A DNA stretch of 64,000 nucleotides from Clostridia bacterium (GCA_004347685.1 SLTJ01000024.1:107401-171400), one strand, 5' to 3'; counted from the stretch's first letter, positions 19,111 through 29,272 are shown. Made by a program: numbers and translations. The notes: a model not told the origin generated them from the sequence alone.

Positions 19111-20198
19111 CTCCGTTCACTGAGCAGGTCGGACAGCGCCTCTATGAGCCTGACGTTTTCCCAGTGGTTGCGTATGGCCAGACGAAAGAACCTCTCCCCC
19201 AGCCCGGGAAAATTGGCGCAATCCCGCACCAGGATACCCCGGCGGGCCAGGGATTCCCAGAGACCGGCTGAGGTGAGGCCAGGCGCCAGGATTTCGACCA
19301 GCAAGAAGTTGGCCCGGGAGGGATACGGTCTGAGGCCCGGCATCCCGGCCAGTGCTCGGCTAAGGAATTCCCGCTCCTGCTTAATCGCCCTTCTGGCCGC
19401 CTCTAGATAACCAGAAGCAGCCGTGGCGGCTATCCCGGCAATTTGGGCCAGGGAGTTAACACTCCACGGCGGCTGGAGCATACTTACCTCGCCCAGCAAT
19501 TCGGGTCCGGCCAGGAGATAGCCTAGGCGCAGGCCGGGCAGGCAAAAGCTTTTGGTTAAGGAGCCGACAATGGTGAGGCGGGGAAAGTGCCCAATCCATT
19601 CCCGGTAACTGCTTGTCTCTTTATCCGTGACCAGGGCGATGAATGATTCATCAACCACCAGGTAAATCCCTTCCTCCTGGCAGAATTCCGCCAGCACCTC
19701 CAGGGTATGGCGCTCCAGTAGCTGCCCGGTGGGGTTGTTGGGATGCCCCAGAAAGATCATGTCTGCCTGATGGCATTGCGGCAGGAAGGTGGTGAGCGGC
19801 AGGGAAAAGGAGCTACCTTTATCTAGGGGGAAGAAGATAATATCCGCGCCGGTGGCGGCCGCGGCCCGGGCATATTCGCTGAAAGTAGGGGCCAAAGTTA
19901 ACACCCTGGCTGGCCGCCGCGATAATGCCAGAAGGTAAATGGCCTCGCTGGCCCCGTTGGTGGGCAGGATGCAGGCAGGTGGCACCTGCAGGAACTCGGC
20001 CAGGGCCAGGCGCAACTGCCGGCTTTCCGGGTCCGGGTAGTACTGGATCAGATCCAGGTTTTCCCGCATGACCGCCAAGACCTCCGGCGGCGGTCCCAGG
20101 GGATTTAGATTGGCGCTGAAGTCGAGCACGTCCGCCGCCGTAACGCCGAACTTTTCGGCGGCGGTGCGGTTGCCACCGTGGGGAGGGGATAGGCTCAC
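19095..20198 (-). CDS. cobD: Threonine-phosphate decarboxylase
   Basis: HGGN, DFSANLNPLG, PNNPTG, SLTKSFCLPGLRLGY (PLP lysine). Confidence 0.93.
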   Translation of the reverse strand: MSLSPPHGGNRTAAEKFGVTAADVLDFSANLNPLGPPPEVLAVMRENLDLIQYYPDPESRQLRLALAEFLQVPPACILPTNGASEAIYLLALSRRPARVLTLAPTFSEYARAAAATGADIIFFPLDKGSSFSLPLTTFLPQCHQADMIFLGHPNNPTGQLLERHTLEVLAEFCQEEGIYLVVDESFIALVTDKETSSYREWIGHFPRLTIVGSLTKSFCLPGLRLGYLLAGPELLGEVSMLQPPWSVNSLAQIAGIAATAASGYLEAARRAIKQEREFLSRALAGMPGLRPYPSRANFLLVEILAPGLTSAGLWESLARRGILVRDCANFPGLGERFFRLAIRNHWENVRLIEALSDLLSERRWVER

Positions 20199-20202
20199 GT
20201 TC

Positions 20203-20967
20203 TCACCACCATTCTTTTAAGGCTAGCATGATTACCAGCAGGATGGTCTCCTGGACCTCGGCCAGGGCGCCGTAGGTATCGCCAGTACAGCCGCCAAGGC
20301 TTATTTTGAGCTGGCGGCTAAACCAAAACAGGAAAGCGGCGGCCAGGGCCTGGATTAGCAGGCCGCCAGGACCGGCCACCAGCCAGGCTATGGCGGCCGC
20401 TACGGTTGTGGCCAGCCAGAAGCGGCTCCGGCTGGCGTAGCGGGAAAAGCCGCGGCCCAGGCCTTCGGTTCGCACGTAGGGAAGGAACACGATGGCCCCG
20501 GCCATCGCCCAGCGAGCCAACACCGGTGGCAAGATAAGAATTTCCTGGGCGGCCTCTACGGGCAGAGAGGCCAGCACGCCGAATTTCACCAGCAGGAGAA
20601 TAACGGCTCCGATTACGCCCATGGCTCCTACCCGGCTGTCGCGCATTATCTCCAGCTTCCTCTCGCGGGGCCGGCCGCTGCCCAGGCCGTCCAGTGTGTC
20701 CATCAGGCCATCCAGGTGCAGACCCCCGGTAAGCCAGGTGGAAACGGCCAGGAGGACCGCGCCCAGGACCAACGGGGGTAGGACAGGGCGCAAGAGCTGG
20801 AAAATGCCGTAGTCAATCAGGCCCAGCACCAGCCCGGCCAGGGGGAACCACGCGGTGGAGCGGCCCAGGGCTTCCTCCTGCCCTGGGGCACCGGACTTGA
20901 CTGGCAGGCGGGTAAGGAAACCTATAGCCGTGACCAGGGCCGTGAATTCGCGGGCGAAAAATCGCAC
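20203..20967 (-). CDS. cobS: Adenosylcobinamide-GDP ribazoletransferase
   Basis: FLTRLP, TGGLHLDGLMDTLDG, IMRDSRVGAMG, GGCTGDTYGA. Confidence 0.95.
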   Translation of the reverse strand: MRFFAREFTALVTAIGFLTRLPVKSGAPGQEEALGRSTAWFPLAGLVLGLIDYGIFQLLRPVLPPLVLGAVLLAVSTWLTGGLHLDGLMDTLDGLGSGRPRERKLEIMRDSRVGAMGVIGAVILLLVKFGVLASLPVEAAQEILILPPVLARWAMAGAIVFLPYVRTEGLGRGFSRYASRSRFWLATTVAAAIAWLVAGPGGLLIQALAAAFLFWFSRQLKISLGGCTGDTYGALAEVQETILLVIMLALKEWW

Positions 20968-21021
20968 ATGGAATGACTCCTTCCAGGGTTACGGTGATCC
21001 GTTTTGTTTTTCAACAGCCCC

Positions 21022-22377
21022 CTAGCTGGCGGCCTGGCACCTGCGCAAGAACGACCCAGCCCATTCTGGATTGGCTCCCCAGTGCAGGTGCAGGTAGGAG
21101 GCCAGGACATTGCCGGCCACGAATCCTTCCCGGCGGCCGCCGTCCGCTTCCCAGGCCCAGGGGAACTCGGGCGATTCCGGGTTGAGGCGTGAATAGTGGA
21201 AGGCGTGACCCCATACTTCCTGGCCCGCTTGGCAAATAGGGTTATCTGCCAGGCTGCGGGCCCGGGTATAGCCGAACCCCTGCAACCTCACGGTCATTTC
21301 TACCCGCGCCGGCACCACCCCTACCATGGGGTAGCCGTCAACTTCGCGGCAGAGATACATCAGCCCGCCGCACTCGGCGTAAACCGGCAGGCCCTGGGCC
21401 GCAGCTCTGGCCAGACTGCGACGCATAGAGGCATTGGCCGCCAGCTCCGGCAAAAACATCTCGGGGAAACCGCCGCCCAGGATAACCCCCCGGGTACCGG
21501 CAGGCAACTCTCTATCAGCCAAGGGGCTGAAGGGTACCAGCTCGGCGCCCAGGCTGGTCAAAAGCTCAAGGGCGTCCTGGTAGTAAAAATGAAAGGCCGC
21601 ATCCCGGGCCAGCGCCACCTTGACCGGTGGGGAGCAAAGGGGTGGCACGACGGTTGCTTCAGTTTCAACAGCCGGAGCCGATTGGGCTGTGGCCAGGAGC
21701 CCGGTCCAGTCAACTGTTTCGGCCAGGATGGCCGCCAGCTTATCCCTCAAAGGTTTCAGGGGCGAGCCTTCGGGCCGGGCGACCAATCCCAGGTGCCGCT
21801 CCGGCACCTGCAGTTCGCGCTCCCACGGCAGGTAGCCGAGGACGGGGAGGCCAGTTGCAGCCTCGATGGCGTCTTTTACCAGCCGGTAATGTTTCTGGCC
21901 GCTGACGCGGTTACAGATAACGCCGGCCAGGCGCACCCGCGGGTCGTAACGCTGGTAGCCCAGCACCATGGCCGCGGCGCTGGCTCCCAGGCCGTGGCAG
22001 TCTACCAGCAAAATAACCGGAGCCGCCAGCAGTTCCGCCACTTCGGCGGTACTGCCGCGGCCGTCGCGGCCGTGCCCGTCGTACAGGCCCATCACCCCTT
22101 CGATCAAGGCTATGTCTGCCCCCCGGCAGGCCCGGGCGAAGATCTCCAGGACCCTGGCCTCGCCCAGCATCCAGGTATCCAGGTTATGGGAGGGACGGCC
22201 GGTGATCTCCGCGTGGTAGGCCGGGTCAAGGTAGTCCGGCCCCACCTTAAACCCCTGTACCGTACAGCCCTGCTGCCGTAGAGCGGCCATCAGCCCCATG
22301 GTTGTTGTGGTCTTGCCGGCGCTGCTATGGGTGGCTGCGATTACCAGCCGCGGGATGCACGTTTTTACCACTGCCAT
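21022..22377 (-). CDS. cbiA: Cobyrinate a,c-diamide synthase
   Basis: SAGKTT, FKVGPDYLDP, IEGVMGLYDG, YAECGGLMYL. Confidence 0.95.
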   Translation of the reverse strand: MAVVKTCIPRLVIAATHSSAGKTTTTMGLMAALRQQGCTVQGFKVGPDYLDPAYHAEITGRPSHNLDTWMLGEARVLEIFARACRGADIALIEGVMGLYDGHGRDGRGSTAEVAELLAAPVILLVDCHGLGASAAAMVLGYQRYDPRVRLAGVICNRVSGQKHYRLVKDAIEAATGLPVLGYLPWERELQVPERHLGLVARPEGSPLKPLRDKLAAILAETVDWTGLLATAQSAPAVETEATVVPPLCSPPVKVALARDAAFHFYYQDALELLTSLGAELVPFSPLADRELPAGTRGVILGGGFPEMFLPELAANASMRRSLARAAAQGLPVYAECGGLMYLCREVDGYPMVGVVPARVEMTVRLQGFGYTRARSLADNPICQAGQEVWGHAFHYSRLNPESPEFPWAWEADGGRREGFVAGNVLASYLHLHWGANPEWAGSFLRRCQAAS

Positions 22378-23336
22378 CGTATCCACCACCCGGCAGCCGC
22401 CGCCATCACCCAGAAGCAAAGGCTGGCGGCATACATGGCCTGCACTGCCTGTCCGATATGCTCGCAGCGAACGGGCTGGAATTCCGGCCCGATAGCCGGC
22501 CTTTCCTCGGGCCGGCCGTGGTAGAAGTTGGTTCCGCCGAGCCGCACTCCCAGGGCCCCGGCCATTACCGCCTCCGGGATGCCGGCGTTGGGGCTGGGGT
22601 GCCGGCCGGCATTTCTACGCCAGGCATACCAGGCCCGGCGCCAGTCATACCCCAGGATGGCGGCCGTTCCCAGCATGACTGCCCCGCCCACCCGGGCCGG
22701 GAGGTAATTGGCCGCATCGTCCAGCCGGGCTGCGGTCCGGCCAAAGTCGCGATATCGTTCGTTCCGGTAGCCGACCATGGCATCGAGGGTGTTGGCCGCC
22801 CGGTAGGCCATGGCCAGGGGGGCCCCGCCCAGGAGGGCGTAAAAAAGAGGGGCGATCACGGCATCTACAGTGTTTTCAGCCACCGTCTCCACAGTCGCCC
22901 GGGCTACTTCTCCCTCGGGCAGGTGCATCGTATCCCGGCTGACGATCAATTGTAGCTGCTGTCTGGCGGTCTGCAGATTTCCCTGCCGTAGCGGCACATA
23001 CACCGCCGTGGCGGCCCGGCCCAAATCCCGGATCGCCATGCTGGCATAGATGAAATAGGCGGTCAGCAGGATTTCAAGCCCGGGGAAAAGGTGGCGGGCC
23101 AGCCAAAGCAAAGCCGTGGTGGCAGCAAAGGTGCCGGTTACCACCGTAGCCGCGAGAACCAGCCCCCGCCGCCTTTCCCGGCCGGGATGGCGCTCCCGGG
23201 GATAAAGGCGGCCTTCGAGCCAGGTTATCAGTTTTCCGATTCCCCGGACCGGGTGCGGCAGCCAGGCCGGGTCGCCCAAGGCCAGGTCCAGGGCCAGGGC
23301 GCCGGCCAGGGCTAGGAGAAAGGCGCGCGGAGTCAA
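22365..23336 (-). CDS. cbiB: Adenosylcobinamide-phosphate synthase
   Basis: GDPAWLPHPV, VSRDT, NTLDAMVGY, HPSPNAG. Confidence 0.95.
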   Translation of the reverse strand: MTPRAFLLALAGALALDLALGDPAWLPHPVRGIGKLITWLEGRLYPRERHPGRERRRGLVLAATVVTGTFAATTALLWLARHLFPGLEILLTAYFIYASMAIRDLGRAATAVYVPLRQGNLQTARQQLQLIVSRDTMHLPEGEVARATVETVAENTVDAVIAPLFYALLGGAPLAMAYRAANTLDAMVGYRNERYRDFGRTAARLDDAANYLPARVGGAVMLGTAAILGYDWRRAWYAWRRNAGRHPSPNAGIPEAVMAGALGVRLGGTNFYHGRPEERPAIGPEFQPVRCEHIGQAVQAMYAASLCFWVMAAAAGWWIRWQW

Positions 23337-23344
23337 ATTAAAAA

Positions 23345-23365
23345 CCTCCAACCCCCAACCTCCAG
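23345..23365 (-). repeat. Heptamer tandem repeat that supplies the cbiB Shine-Dalgarno
   Basis: ctggagg ttggggg ttggagg on the minus strand; same 7-mer type as in the dispersed repeat family. Confidence 0.5.
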
Positions 23366-24874
23366 TTATATCCCCAGGAGGTGATAAATTCGTTCTATCT
23401 CCACGTTGTCCCGTACCCACCAGGCCCAGCGGTCAAAGGCCTGTTCCCGCCGCGCGGCCAGGCTCAGGGCCGGTCCAGCCTTCGGCGCCAGCCCCCGCCG
23501 CTGCCGCAACACGTTGAGGAAATGACGGCGGAAGGCGTCGTTATCAAACAGGCCGTGAAGATAGGTGCCCCAGCACCGGCCGTCTGCGGAGACAGCCCCT
23601 TCCCCGGCCCCTTCCAGCGAAAAGGCCGGATGACATCCGTCCAGGAGCCGGGTGTGGCCGTGGTGGATTTCGTATCCTTGCACTGGGCTCCCCTGTAGTC
23701 CAGCGAAGAATATCCCGCCGGCAGCCACCTTGGCGGTTACCTGGCGCGTGCTCTTAGCCGGGTGAAAGATGGTTTCCACCGGCAGCAGCCCCAATCCGCG
23801 AGCTTCTCCGGCCGGTGATTCCACCCCGGCCGGGTCCTTGAGGCTCTGGCCCAGCATCTGGTAGCCGCCGCAGATGCCCACTACCGGCGTCCCTTCCCGG
23901 TAGCGACTGGCAATGGCCGCCGCCATTCCTGTGGTCTGCAACCAGGCCAGGTCCTCCAGGGTATTCTTGCTTCCGGGGAGGATGATGGCGTCAGGAGTAC
24001 CCAATTCGGCCGGGTGGCGGGCGTAATCCAGGGCGACATCTTCTTCTTCGGCCAGGGACTGAAAATCGCTGAAATTGGCGATGCGAGGCAAGTTGATTAC
24101 AACTACGTGCACTTCACCGCTTCCTGGCGAATTCCGGTTCCTCGTCTCCTCCAGGCTGACGGAGTCCTCCTCCGGCAGGCCGAGAGCATCCAGATAAGGG
24201 ATCACCCCGAGCACCGGACGGCCGGTCCTCTCTTCCAGGAAGGCCAGGGCTGGCTGCAGCAATTCCTTGTCACCGCGAAACTTGTTGAGGATGAAGCCGC
24301 AAACTCTGGCCGCGTCCTCCGGCGGCAGGAGTTCCAGGGTACCCACCAGGCTGGCCAGGGCACCACCCCGGTCAATATCAGCCACCAAGATTACCGGCGA
24401 GTTGGCCAGCCTGGCTGTGCGCATATTGGCTATATCCCGGTCGGCCAGGTTGACCTCGGCCGGACTGCCGGCCCCCTCGATGACGATGATTTCAAACTCC
24501 TGGCTCAGCCTCTGCCAGCAGTCTTCCACGGCTGGCCAGAAGGAAAGGTTGTGTTGGCGGTGATAGGCGCTGGCGCTTAAGGTCCCGATGGGGTGTCCCT
24601 TGACTATCACTTGGGAGGCGGACGACCCGCTCGGCTTAAGCAGGATGGGGTTCATCTCTACCCGCGGTTTGAGGCCGCAGGCCTGGGCCTGCATGGCCTG
24701 GGCCCACCCTATCTCTCCGCCGTCAGCGGTAACAAAAGCGTTTAGGGCCATATTCTGGGCCTTAAAGGGGGCTACCCGGTACCCGTCCCGGTGGAGGAGG
24801 CGGCCCAGGGCGGCCACCAGCACGCTCTTGCCGACGTGGGAACTGGTCCCCTGAAACATGATGGCCCTAGCCAT
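23366..24874 (-). CDS. cbiP: Cobyric acid synthase
   Basis: QGTSSHVGKS, PFKAQNM, EGAGSPAE, GICGGYQMLG, GTYLHG. Confidence 0.96.
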   Translation of the reverse strand: MARAIMFQGTSSHVGKSVLVAALGRLLHRDGYRVAPFKAQNMALNAFVTADGGEIGWAQAMQAQACGLKPRVEMNPILLKPSGSSASQVIVKGHPIGTLSASAYHRQHNLSFWPAVEDCWQRLSQEFEIIVIEGAGSPAEVNLADRDIANMRTARLANSPVILVADIDRGGALASLVGTLELLPPEDAARVCGFILNKFRGDKELLQPALAFLEERTGRPVLGVIPYLDALGLPEEDSVSLEETRNRNSPGSGEVHVVVINLPRIANFSDFQSLAEEEDVALDYARHPAELGTPDAIILPGSKNTLEDLAWLQTTGMAAAIASRYREGTPVVGICGGYQMLGQSLKDPAGVESPAGEARGLGLLPVETIFHPAKSTRQVTAKVAAGGIFFAGLQGSPVQGYEIHHGHTRLLDGCHPAFSLEGAGEGAVSADGRCWGTYLHGLFDNDAFRRHFLNVLRQRRGLAPKAGPALSLAARREQAFDRWAWWVRDNVEIERIYHLLGI

Positions 24875-25523
24875 CCCTGCTTCCCTCGCTTTCTCCCCCG
24901 GCATCGCCCGTGGCCAGGCGAAGCAGGGCGTTGATCACGCTCACGGCCACGGTGCTTCCGCCCCTGGGGCCAGCCACGGTGATATATGGCCAGGGTGAGG
25001 CTGCCAGCATTTCCTTTATTTCAGCCGCGCCGACGAACCCCACCGGCACCCCGACGATCATGCTCGGAACCTGGCCCCCTTCGGCCAAGCGCAGGACCTC
25101 CAGCAAGGCAGTGGGGGCGTTGCCGATGGCTACCACCGCTCCGGGAAGGCGGTCTGCCTGGCGGCGGATGGCGGCCATGGCCCGGGTGATCCCGGCGGCT
25201 GCAGCCAGGGAGGCGGTTTCCGGCTCTCCAATAGCGCAGTATGTCTTCACCCCCAGGCTGCCGGCCAGTTTCTTACTGATGCCCGCCCGCACCATCTCCA
25301 CGTCGGTTATGACTGCTGCTCCCCGCTGCAGGGCCTCGATGCCCAGGGTCACGGCCCGGGGGTCAATGAGCAGCATGCCGGCCAGCCCCAGGTCGCCGCT
25401 GGCATGGACAGCCTGGTAAATGATCTCCTTTTCCGCCGCCGTCCCGGCAAGACTGCCTAGGCGGCCGGCGATGATTTCCCGGCTCCTGGTCGTAATGGCG
25501 GCCGGGTCAGTCAATAGTTCCAC
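24867..25523 (-). CDS. cbiC: Cobalt-precorrin-8 methylmutase
   Basis: DVEMVRAGI, IGNAPTAL, GVPVGFVGAAE, RGGSTVA. Confidence 0.93.
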   Translation of the reverse strand: MELLTDPAAITTRSREIIAGRLGSLAGTAAEKEIIYQAVHASGDLGLAGMLLIDPRAVTLGIEALQRGAAVITDVEMVRAGISKKLAGSLGVKTYCAIGEPETASLAAAAGITRAMAAIRRQADRLPGAVVAIGNAPTALLEVLRLAEGGQVPSMIVGVPVGFVGAAEIKEMLAASPWPYITVAGPRGGSTVAVSVINALLRLATGDAGGESEGSRDG

Positions 25524-25890
25524 TATCAGCCCCCCTGATTCTCTCGGCCAGAATGGACGCCAGCCTGGGGTCGGGACCGATCTCGCCGGCGTACAGGATA
25601 GCCGCCTTTCCCTGCAGCCGCTGCTGCTCGGCGGCAATCAGGGCCGGAATATGCTCCCGTACATGCCTTCCAGCCACCAGGAACAACGGCGCGACGATAA
25701 TCTTCTCCGTCCCCTGGTGCACCAGGCTGTCAACGGCCTCAGGCAGGGTGGGTGAGGCGAAGGAAAGGAAGGCCACCTGCAGGAAGTCCAGTTGCACCTG
25801 CGCCCGGACCATTTCCGCTACGGCCAGTACCACCTGATTGGCGGCGGCTTCACGGCTGCCGTGGCCCAGGATAATCCCCCCAGTTTTCAG
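25507..25890 (-). CDS. cbiX: Sirohydrochlorin cobaltochelatase, short CbiX type
   Basis: In-frame LKTGGIILGHGSR lies upstream of the called ORF; PLFLVAGRHVREHIP; the apparent start is CTG at 25890, 7 nt after GGAGGTG. Confidence 0.85.
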   Translation of the reverse strand: MKTGGIILGHGSREAAANQVVLAVAEMVRAQVQLDFLQVAFLSFASPTLPEAVDSLVHQGTEKIIVAPLFLVAGRHVREHIPALIAAEQQRLQGKAAILYAGEIGPDPRLASILAERIRGADSGTID

Positions 25891-26656
25891 CTTTGTTCAC
25901 CTCCAGGGCTTTCGCCACGATTTCTTCAATACGTCCGGTGGCGGGACCCGGCAATGAGGCCGGTCTTTCTACTATGACCACCGGTAGGTGCAAATCTTGG
26001 GCCGCGGCGATCTTGGCCGCTACTCCTCCTTGCGGCCCGCTTTCCTTGGTAACCACTACCTCGGCCCGGTAAAAGCTGAACAGGGCCCGGTTGAGTTCCC
26101 GGGAAAAAGGCCCCTGCATGGCCACGATCTGGGAAGGCAGGAGGCCGCATTGGTGGCAGAAAGCCAGACTCTCGGCTACAGGCAGTATCCTGACTACCAG
26201 CCGGCGGCCGGGCTCGCGGGCGGCTTCGGCCGCAAAGGGCGCGAGGTGCCGGGTACCGACGGTAAGGAAAACTACTCTTCCCAGGGAAAAGGCCATGCGG
26301 GCCGATTCCTCCCAGCCAGCGGGGCGATATATACCAGGACAGGTTGGGTTCACCGGTGGCCGCTCCCACCTGAGGTAAGGAACGCCTTTCCTGAGAGCAG
26401 CCGCATGGGCCGCGGCGGAAGCGCCGGTGGCAAAAGGGTGGGTGGCGTCCACCAGCAGGCGAACCGGGTACCGGGCTAGTACCTCTTCCATTCCTACCGC
26501 ATCCAGGGGGCCGGTAAGCACCTGCCCGGCCCCGGCCGCACGGGCGAGTTGGGTGCCGTAAGCGGTCAGAGAGCTGGCCAGTACCACCAGACCACGGGTC
26601 GCCAGCTCATTGATAATCTCACCAGCGTCAGAGGTGCCGGCAAGGACCAGGATCAC
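25850..26656 (-). CDS. cbiJ: Cobalt-precorrin-6A reductase
   Basis: LVLAGTSD, VDATHPFA, AMQGPFS, TKESG. Confidence 0.93.
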   Translation of the reverse strand: MILVLAGTSDAGEIINELATRGLVVLASSLTAYGTQLARAAGAGQVLTGPLDAVGMEEVLARYPVRLLVDATHPFATGASAAAHAAALRKGVPYLRWERPPVNPTCPGIYRPAGWEESARMAFSLGRVVFLTVGTRHLAPFAAEAAREPGRRLVVRILPVAESLAFCHQCGLLPSQIVAMQGPFSRELNRALFSFYRAEVVVTKESGPQGGVAAKIAAAQDLHLPVVIVERPASLPGPATGRIEEIVAKALEVNKAENWGDYPGPRQP

Positions 26657-27498
26657 CAGCGGTACCCCCTCGGTGTCACCAGGTATGACCCCCACTGCCG
26701 CGTCTCGTTATTGCCGATGATAACTACGGATTCCATGTCCAAGGGTAATTGCGGCAAAGCCTCCAGGGTGGTAAGGATTATGTTCTGTTCGGGTCGGTAG
26801 GCCCGTTGCACCACCCCTACTGGAGTCCCGGCCTCCCGGTAACGCCTGACCAGGGAGGTTACCTCCGGTAGCCGATTTCTCCGCCGGCTGGACGGATTGT
26901 AAAGGGCCACCACCAGGTCAGCCGCCAGGACGGCGGTAAGGCGCGCCATGATGGTTTCCCAGGGGGTGAGCAGGTCGCTCAGGCTGATGACGGCAAAATC
27001 GTTGGCCAGGGGTGCGCCCAGGAGGGCGGCCGCGGCAGTGGCAGCCGTCACCCCGGGGATAATCTCTATTGCTGGCGCCGGCGTAAATTCACCGCCGGCC
27101 AGGAGTTCCAGCACCAGACCGGCCATGCCGTAGACGCCGGAGTCGCCGCTCGAGACCAGGGCTACCTTGCGGCCCCGGCAGGCCCAGGTGGCGGCCTGGC
27201 GGCAGCGCTCCACTTCGTGGCGCATCCCGGAACTGATGACTTCTTTGTCCGTCAGGAGCCCGGAGACAAATTCCAGGTAGCGGCGGTAGCCCAGCACTAC
27301 TTCGGCTTCCTCCAGGGCCGCCTGCGCCCGCAGGGTCATGTGGGTCACCCCTCCTGGGCCGATACCGACGACAAACAGGCGGCCAGGGCTGGGCGGCCCG
27401 CAAACTCCGCTCCCAGGGCTACCGTCACCCGGCCCACGATCATCTTTGGCACCAGGAGCTTGGCCCCCTGTGCTCCCAGCAAGCTGGCCGGTTCGCAT
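26653..27498 (-). CDS. cbiH: Precorrin-3B C17-methyltransferase
   Basis: VVGIGPG, SSGDSGVYGMAG, ISLSDLLTPW, TPRGY; the nearest canonical start is ATG 27498, overlapping cbiG, so the start is uncertain. Confidence 0.92.
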   Translation of the reverse strand: MRTGQLAGSTGGQAPGAKDDRGPGDGSPGSGVCGPPSPGRLFVVGIGPGGVTHMTLRAQAALEEAEVVLGYRRYLEFVSGLLTDKEVISSGMRHEVERCRQAATWACRGRKVALVSSGDSGVYGMAGLVLELLAGGEFTPAPAIEIIPGVTAATAAAALLGAPLANDFAVISLSDLLTPWETIMARLTAVLAADLVVALYNPSSRRRNRLPEVTSLVRRYREAGTPVGVVQRAYRPEQNIILTTLEALPQLPLDMESVVIIGNNETRQWGSYLVTPRGYRW

Positions 27499-28520
27499 AC
27501 ACCTTCCACCCCCATTCTTGCCTGTACCCGGGCCGAACGCGTGAGCTCCGGGTGCCGTTCCAGACAGGACTGCAGTTGGGCCGGACTGAAGCCACGTACG
27601 GGGACACCCAGAGCCCGGCCGGCCTCCACCAGCCCCGCTTCCGCCAGCTTTGCCTCCAGGGTATGCAGGGCGGCCAGGGAAAGGGGCGAATACTGCCCGG
27701 CCTCCAGGGCCGCCAGTACGGCTTCCCGGACTTCGGTGGCCGTTACTCCCCGGCGGCAGCCAACCCCGGCCGCCAGGCAGCGCGGGTGGAGGTAGAGGGT
27801 AGGAGCTGACCGCCGGGCCTGCAGGTGGGCGGCAGACCGGCGGCAAGTCAAAAGCATCAGGGGCTCCGGCGCGGGCGGCACAGTCCCTTCCCCGGTGACC
27901 ACCTCAATTTGGGGGAAGTCCCTCGCCCAGCCCGTGTAAGCTTCCAGCCCTTCTTCGACCGCCAGCCAAAGGCGCCCACCGTCCAGGAGCCGGCCCATGA
28001 ATCCGGCCAGTGCCCGGTGAGGTTCGGGGGTAATCCCTGACCTGGCCAGAACCACATCCAGGGGCTTGACCCGGTGCAGGTCGCTGGCGGTGGTGATCAC
28101 CGCCTGGGCCCCCAGGGAAGCGGCTAGAAAGCCGGCCAGTTCGTTGGCCCCGCCCAGGTGCCCGCTTACCAGGCTCACGGCCTGCCGGCCCACTTCGTCT
28201 ATGACTACCACCGCCGGATCGGTCGTTTTGCTGCGCAAGTGCGGGGCCACCAGCCGCACCGCGATACCCACGGCCATGACCATCACCAGGGCCTGGCGGT
28301 TGGTAAAGGCCTGGGCGATCAAGGCCGGCAAGTCCGCTGGCAGCGGTTCCAGCCGTACGGTGGCCGGAAGGTCCCCGGTAGCTTCCTCGTCCTTGTCCAG
28401 GGCGGCGGCTGGCACGCAGAGGCGTACTTCCTCCACCCTGCCCCGGCCGGCGCAGGCCCGGGCTGCTTCCCGGCCCACCGGGTAACCGCGGCGGCTCAAG
28501 GCGATAACCATTACTCGCAT
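27345..28520 (-). CDS. cbiG: Cobalt-precorrin-5A hydrolase
   Basis: GIAVR..K..DPAVVVIDE, SGHLGGAN, ITTASD, GVGCRRG, GVCEPA. Confidence 0.93.
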   Translation of the reverse strand: MRVMVIALSRRGYPVGREAARACAGRGRVEEVRLCVPAAALDKDEEATGDLPATVRLEPLPADLPALIAQAFTNRQALVMVMAVGIAVRLVAPHLRSKTTDPAVVVIDEVGRQAVSLVSGHLGGANELAGFLAASLGAQAVITTASDLHRVKPLDVVLARSGITPEPHRALAGFMGRLLDGGRLWLAVEEGLEAYTGWARDFPQIEVVTGEGTVPPAPEPLMLLTCRRSAAHLQARRSAPTLYLHPRCLAAGVGCRRGVTATEVREAVLAALEAGQYSPLSLAALHTLEAKLAEAGLVEAGRALGVPVRGFSPAQLQSCLERHPELTRSARVQARMGVEGVCEPASLLGAQGAKLLVPKMIVGRVTVALGAEFAGRPALAACLSSVSAQEG

Positions 28521-29272
28521 GGCTTTTGCCCCCGGAAGCTGTGGGCGAAATCCCCGGCATACAGGCGGGAGGGCTGGCCGTCCCGGGCGAGAAAATCGCC
28601 GACCAGGATGAGGGCGGTGCTCGTTAACCCGGCTTGTTTGGCTAGGCCGGCTATCCCGGCCAGCGGACCGGAGATGATCTTTTCTTCTGGCCACCCCACC
28701 TTATATACCACCGCGGCCGGCGTATCCGGCGGGTAGGCGGTCAGCAACTCGGCCGCCACTTGGTCAATCTGGGAGATGCTCAGGAAAAGGCAAAGGGTGG
28801 CCTGGTGGGCGGCCAGGCTGGCCAGGCTTTCGCGTTCCGGTACCGGGGTGCGGCCCGGGGCCCGGGTGAGGATCACCGTCTGGGACTCCGCCGGTACGGT
28901 AAGCTCCACCTTGAGGGCCGCGGCTGCGGCCAGGAAAGAGCTTACTCCCGGTATCACCTCGTAGGAGATCTGGTGGCGGTCCAAAGCCCGCATCTGCTCG
29001 GCAATGGCCCCGTAAAGGCTGGCATCCCCGCTGTGCAGCCTGGCCACAATGTGGTTTTTCCTTACCTCGGCGACCATTACCTCCACCATCTCTTCCAGCG
29101 TCATCCCGGAACTGTCATAGCGGGGTACGCCGGCCGGCACGAACTTCAGGCAGTCTGGGTGCACCAGGGAGCCGGCATAAATCACGGCCCCGGCCTGCTC
29201 CAGGACATTCCTGGCCTTCAGGGTCATGAGCTCCGGGTCCCCCGGGCCGGCCCCGATGAAATAGACTTTCAT
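28511..29272 (-). CDS. cbiF: Cobalt-precorrin-4 C11-methyltransferase
   Basis: FIGAGPGDPEL, YAGSLV, RLHSGD..YGAIAEQ, SRLY. Confidence 0.95.
   Translation of the reverse strand: MKVYFIGAGPGDPELMTLKARNVLEQAGAVIYAGSLVHPDCLKFVPAGVPRYDSSGMTLEEMVEVMVAEVRKNHIVARLHSGDASLYGAIAEQMRALDRHQISYEVIPGVSSFLAAAAALKVELTVPAESQTVILTRAPGRTPVPERESLASLAAHQATLCLFLSISQIDQVAAELLTAYPPDTPAAVVYKVGWPEEKIISGPLAGIAGLAKQAGLTSTALILVGDFLARDGQPSRLYAGDFAHSFRGQKPCE

Noticed and set aside
21196-22281. Long + strand ORFs (361 aa here; also 33652-34659, 41807-42634, 48153-49025, 53536-54435)
   Set aside because: They are antisense shadows of well-supported minus-strand genes in high-GC DNA and have no recognisable motifs.
27345-27498. 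Frameshifted CbiG-CbiH fusion
   Set aside because: Overlap of the cbiG tail with the cbiH start in another frame is usual in these operons, an in-frame ATG is available, and no slippery site is evident.
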